Source: Coniocarpon cinnabarinum
Lineage: Eukaryota
Assembly (NCBI GenBank): GCA_051942205.1
Contig: JAVECO010000043.1
Coordinates: forward strand, 62,001 to 126,000
DNA: 64,000 nt
Reading direction: 5' to 3'
Under the pieces are notes generated by a model. It saw only the letters and a program-made list of their open reading frames with translations. It made no database searches and was not told where the DNA came from. Below, in pieces: positions 60,982 through 64,000 of the stretch; position 1 is the first letter of the stretch, and every line of letters begins with the position of its first letter. The position numbers and the translations under genes are program-made.

Positions 60982-61546
60982 ATGGCTGCTTCACGTCCTT
61001 CGCAACCCCACTCGTTGAATCCCAACATGATCGACTGTGATGATTTCTGGCTACATGTGTCATGGATCTATCATCGCGCGGTCGGTCACATGTTTCAGAC
61101 GACCAACTGGGAGCACGGCAAGGAGCAATTGAAACGTTGGGCGAAGCTTCAGCATCAACAAGCCCCTGGCACCAAATATGCGACGATGGCAGCACAAGAT
61201 TCCAGGCGAGGTGAACCTCGAAGTCTAGCTTGCGTGAGCTGGGTCCATTTGGGCATTCTCATCAGGATGCTGACTTCGACTTGTCAGTGTGCGGCTCAGC
61301 ACGTGGCATCTCGCCATAGAGTTTTACCCAGCGGAGATGGATGCTCTGCTGCATCGCCACACGGATAAGAAATTCCCTCTGGAGGGCTCTGTCACTGTTC
61401 CTGAGCACACAAGACCATCGCCCGAGGACCATGCCAAGCATGAAGATGAACAAGGAGAAAGGCGAAAATATCTCGAGAGGGTCGAAAAAGGGACCGACGG
61501 ACCCTCTCTGCCGCGAGACCGTGGTGCTGATATGGGTATTATCTGA
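60982..61546 (+). CDS. Possible two-exon hypothetical protein
   Basis: ATG ORF at 60982, then a branch/acceptor (GCTGAC..TCAG, ~61288) leading into a second ORF. The donor is uncertain and no motif is recognisable. Confidence 0.3.
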
Positions 61547-63481
61547 TCGCATAGTCAAAATCAGCTTCAGTACCGCAGGATATCTCAACGAGTGTCAGTA
61601 ACAGAGCATCCAGTTTCACGATAACAGGATGCCAGAATAAAACTTCGCAAGTAGAAAGATTGGTATGGTATCCAATATCCTGACTTATCACGGTGACACA
61701 ACTCCATGCTGAAATTACTGTTCTCTGCCTCTTCTAATCTCCATCCCACCTAGCGACGGTCCATTCATCTGGCAATCCTCGGCGCTGCGGTAGAATTGAA
61801 TTATAAGCCTCAAACTGGCCGCGCAATATTAGCGTTGTACTGATTTGGCTGCGATACAGATGCAATGCCTTCTGAACAAGCCGGCGCCGGTCATGTATGC
61901 TTACCCGTGCTCCTCATGGCCGACCTCGGCATACGTAGCTTCCGGAGCGTTTCGTGTTTGCAAGAACTCAGTCTGTCGCTTCAAAGTTTCCTTCCAACGC
62001 CAACCGAGCAGAAATTCGATATGGAAATGGTAACGGACAGGAACATGTAGCTGACCCCAGGGACAGACAATAGTATCAAGGGTTTCCATTCTGATGCGAG
62101 TAGCGCAATTGGCAATCCTTGGCGATAATTTTTATTGTCCTCAACAAAGGCAGGAATACTGGGAAGGAGAGTTCAAGCTAATCAAGCTCAGGCTAATGCT
62201 CTTTTATGTTTTTTTGTGAGACTGACGAGGCAACAGACTGGCATGATTGTTCATCTGCAGTCTTAAACTTTTACTTGGCAGATCTGGGGTGCAGTACAGG
62301 GGACACGGGATCACGCGGAAAAGCTGACCAAAGGGGCAATAATATTCTCTGAACTGGGATTGTTGACAAAAAAAGCCAGGATTGTTTTCCTCTTTGGCGG
62401 TGCGAGTCCCGCAGTGTTGCAGAGAGGTTACTTGAGGCATCTTAGCCGACCGCAGAGCAAACAGCTTTGACCAAGAATATCTAAAGATGAGATGGTGGGT
62501 GAACCTTGCATCATGAGATACGACTTCGAGTTTGAACGATACAGTGATGCCTTGAAGTTCAGCTCACAAGAAGATGCTTTGAATGAGAGTGCAATTCTTT
62601 TGCCTTGCTGGAAAATGACATGACGAGGGGAAAAATCGTATCATAGGCAAGCGAGTTGAACATCTCCTCGATTGTAATGTTGGTAAGTCCCTCTTCATTT
62701 CCACATGATAAATGCAGCCAGCAGATAGGTGCAACAAAGACGCCGTCTCAAATGAAGTGCATCCCGTAGTGAGATGGAATCAACCCAGCAGGGGAACTAG
62801 TCATTATTGCCAATAATATATCACGGGAGAAGACCGCTATCTTGGTCTAACCACACTTGTATAGATAGATATAGCTATGGACTCTCATGGATTGTCAAAG
62901 ATGTATGATGAGAGATTTGCGAAAGTTCTTGCTGAGAACAAAGAGCACGATCTGTATTCCGTCCGTACACAGTTACCTCTGCTGGAGCGGATTGCTCGAA
63001 TAGAAAGAACATCTCGTGAGTGGGAGGCTCCGACAAAGCTGCTAGCCCGAGGTAGAGATTGCATGGAGCGTGACACGGCGCAGCTTGCCTCTAATGTATT
63101 GGCAGTTGGTTCAGGCGATGTCATTGCGTTGATGTTCTTGCGGTTGTGCAAGCTCACAACACCGAGCATACCATTGAAGGGAGGCAATGTAGGACGAAAG
63201 CATTGATCACAAGTAGAATCACGTATATATCTGTTGATGTTAAAGGACACTTGCCGGCATTCCTCAGAAATGAATCCATGATTTTGTCAATATACATACC
63301 AGAGTGTTCGCTACCGTGGTACTTGGTGACATCTACGCCGGCGTGCCCCAGATCTTAGGGCATAAAGCCCCTAAATTCTAGAAAGTTCATCCCCAAATTT
63401 AGAGGCTGTCGAGAACCACGTGACATTGCCCTAACCGAACGCAACTCGTCCCAATCTCTCGCGTTTTGATTTCACGCGAAC

Positions 63482-64000
63482 ATGGGAGCCATTGAAGCTC
63501 TATACATTTACGATGATCACAAGTAATTACTACGCATGTTGGTCCTGTTCAATGCCATGTATCTGACCATGCGAACAATAGCAATGTCGTTCTCGATCAC
63601 TACTATACGGGACGTCCGCTCGCCGCGTCGGACCTCATCCAGCTCTACCTCAAACATCCCTCCCCTCGGCCCGCCTTGATTCACTTACCCCATACACTGC
63701 CTCAAACGTTACTGTTTTCGCACGTTCAGGATCGCTTGCTGCTGTTGTGTCCAACGTCTTTAGAGAGAGAACCACTGCTCATCCATGAGCTATTGCATCG
63801 CGTTGGAGACGCCTTGGAAGATTTCTTAGGCGCGCCGCTGCTTCCTTCGAAGATTGAGGCCAACTATGATATTGTGCTTCAAATTCTTGGGGAGATCTGC
63901 GACGCGGGGGTGGTGAACCATACGGAACCGAATGCTCTTCGAGAAGTGGTAGAAGTTGATGACTGGGTTGGAAATATATTGGGTGGCATCGGCCTTCCCT
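63482..64000 (+). CDS. APM3: AP-3 adaptor complex mu subunit, 5' part; join(63482..63522,63582..>64000)
   Basis: MGAIEALYIYDDHNNVVLDH..TGRP...LLHRVGDALEDFLGAPLLPSKIEANYDIVLQILGEICDAG...TEPNALRE. Confidence 0.88.

Noticed and set aside
62877..63206. 109-aa ATG ORF upstream of AP-3 mu
   Set aside because: No motif or paralog support; cannot be distinguished from a chance ORF.

Overview
Eukaryotic genomic DNA from a filamentous ascomycete (Pezizomycotina). The evidence is short GT-AG introns with CTRAY-type branch sites, conserved fungal genes and AT-rich transposon relics that look RIP-mutated. Conserved genes occupy about 0.9-10.3 kb (COQ8/ABC1 kinase and a ~1900-aa hypothetical protein) and about 27-64 kb. 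The latter block holds MRC1, SLY1, a PNUTS-like CCCH protein, TMEM234, a secreted protein, a PTH11-like protein, a GH3 beta-glucosidase, NBR1, a Btz-domain protein, a HAPSTR1-like protein, a DUF4536 protein and AP-3 mu. Between them lies an accessory island (~10.9-25 kb). Its most striking content is an array of five highly diverged small paralogous genes (A-E, ~120-160 aa) that I cannot assign to a family. All five share a phase-2 intron whose donor contains the apparent TAA stop, so the ORF track truncates them. Each is preceded by a variable number (1 to ~6) of the same 44-bp promoter repeat. The array is interrupted by a hAT-type MITE dimer, a PTH11-like gene and a long-TIR relic, and is followed by a 3-beta-HSD-like gene and an O-methyltransferase pseudogene. 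All gene models were spliced by eye and no database searches were run.
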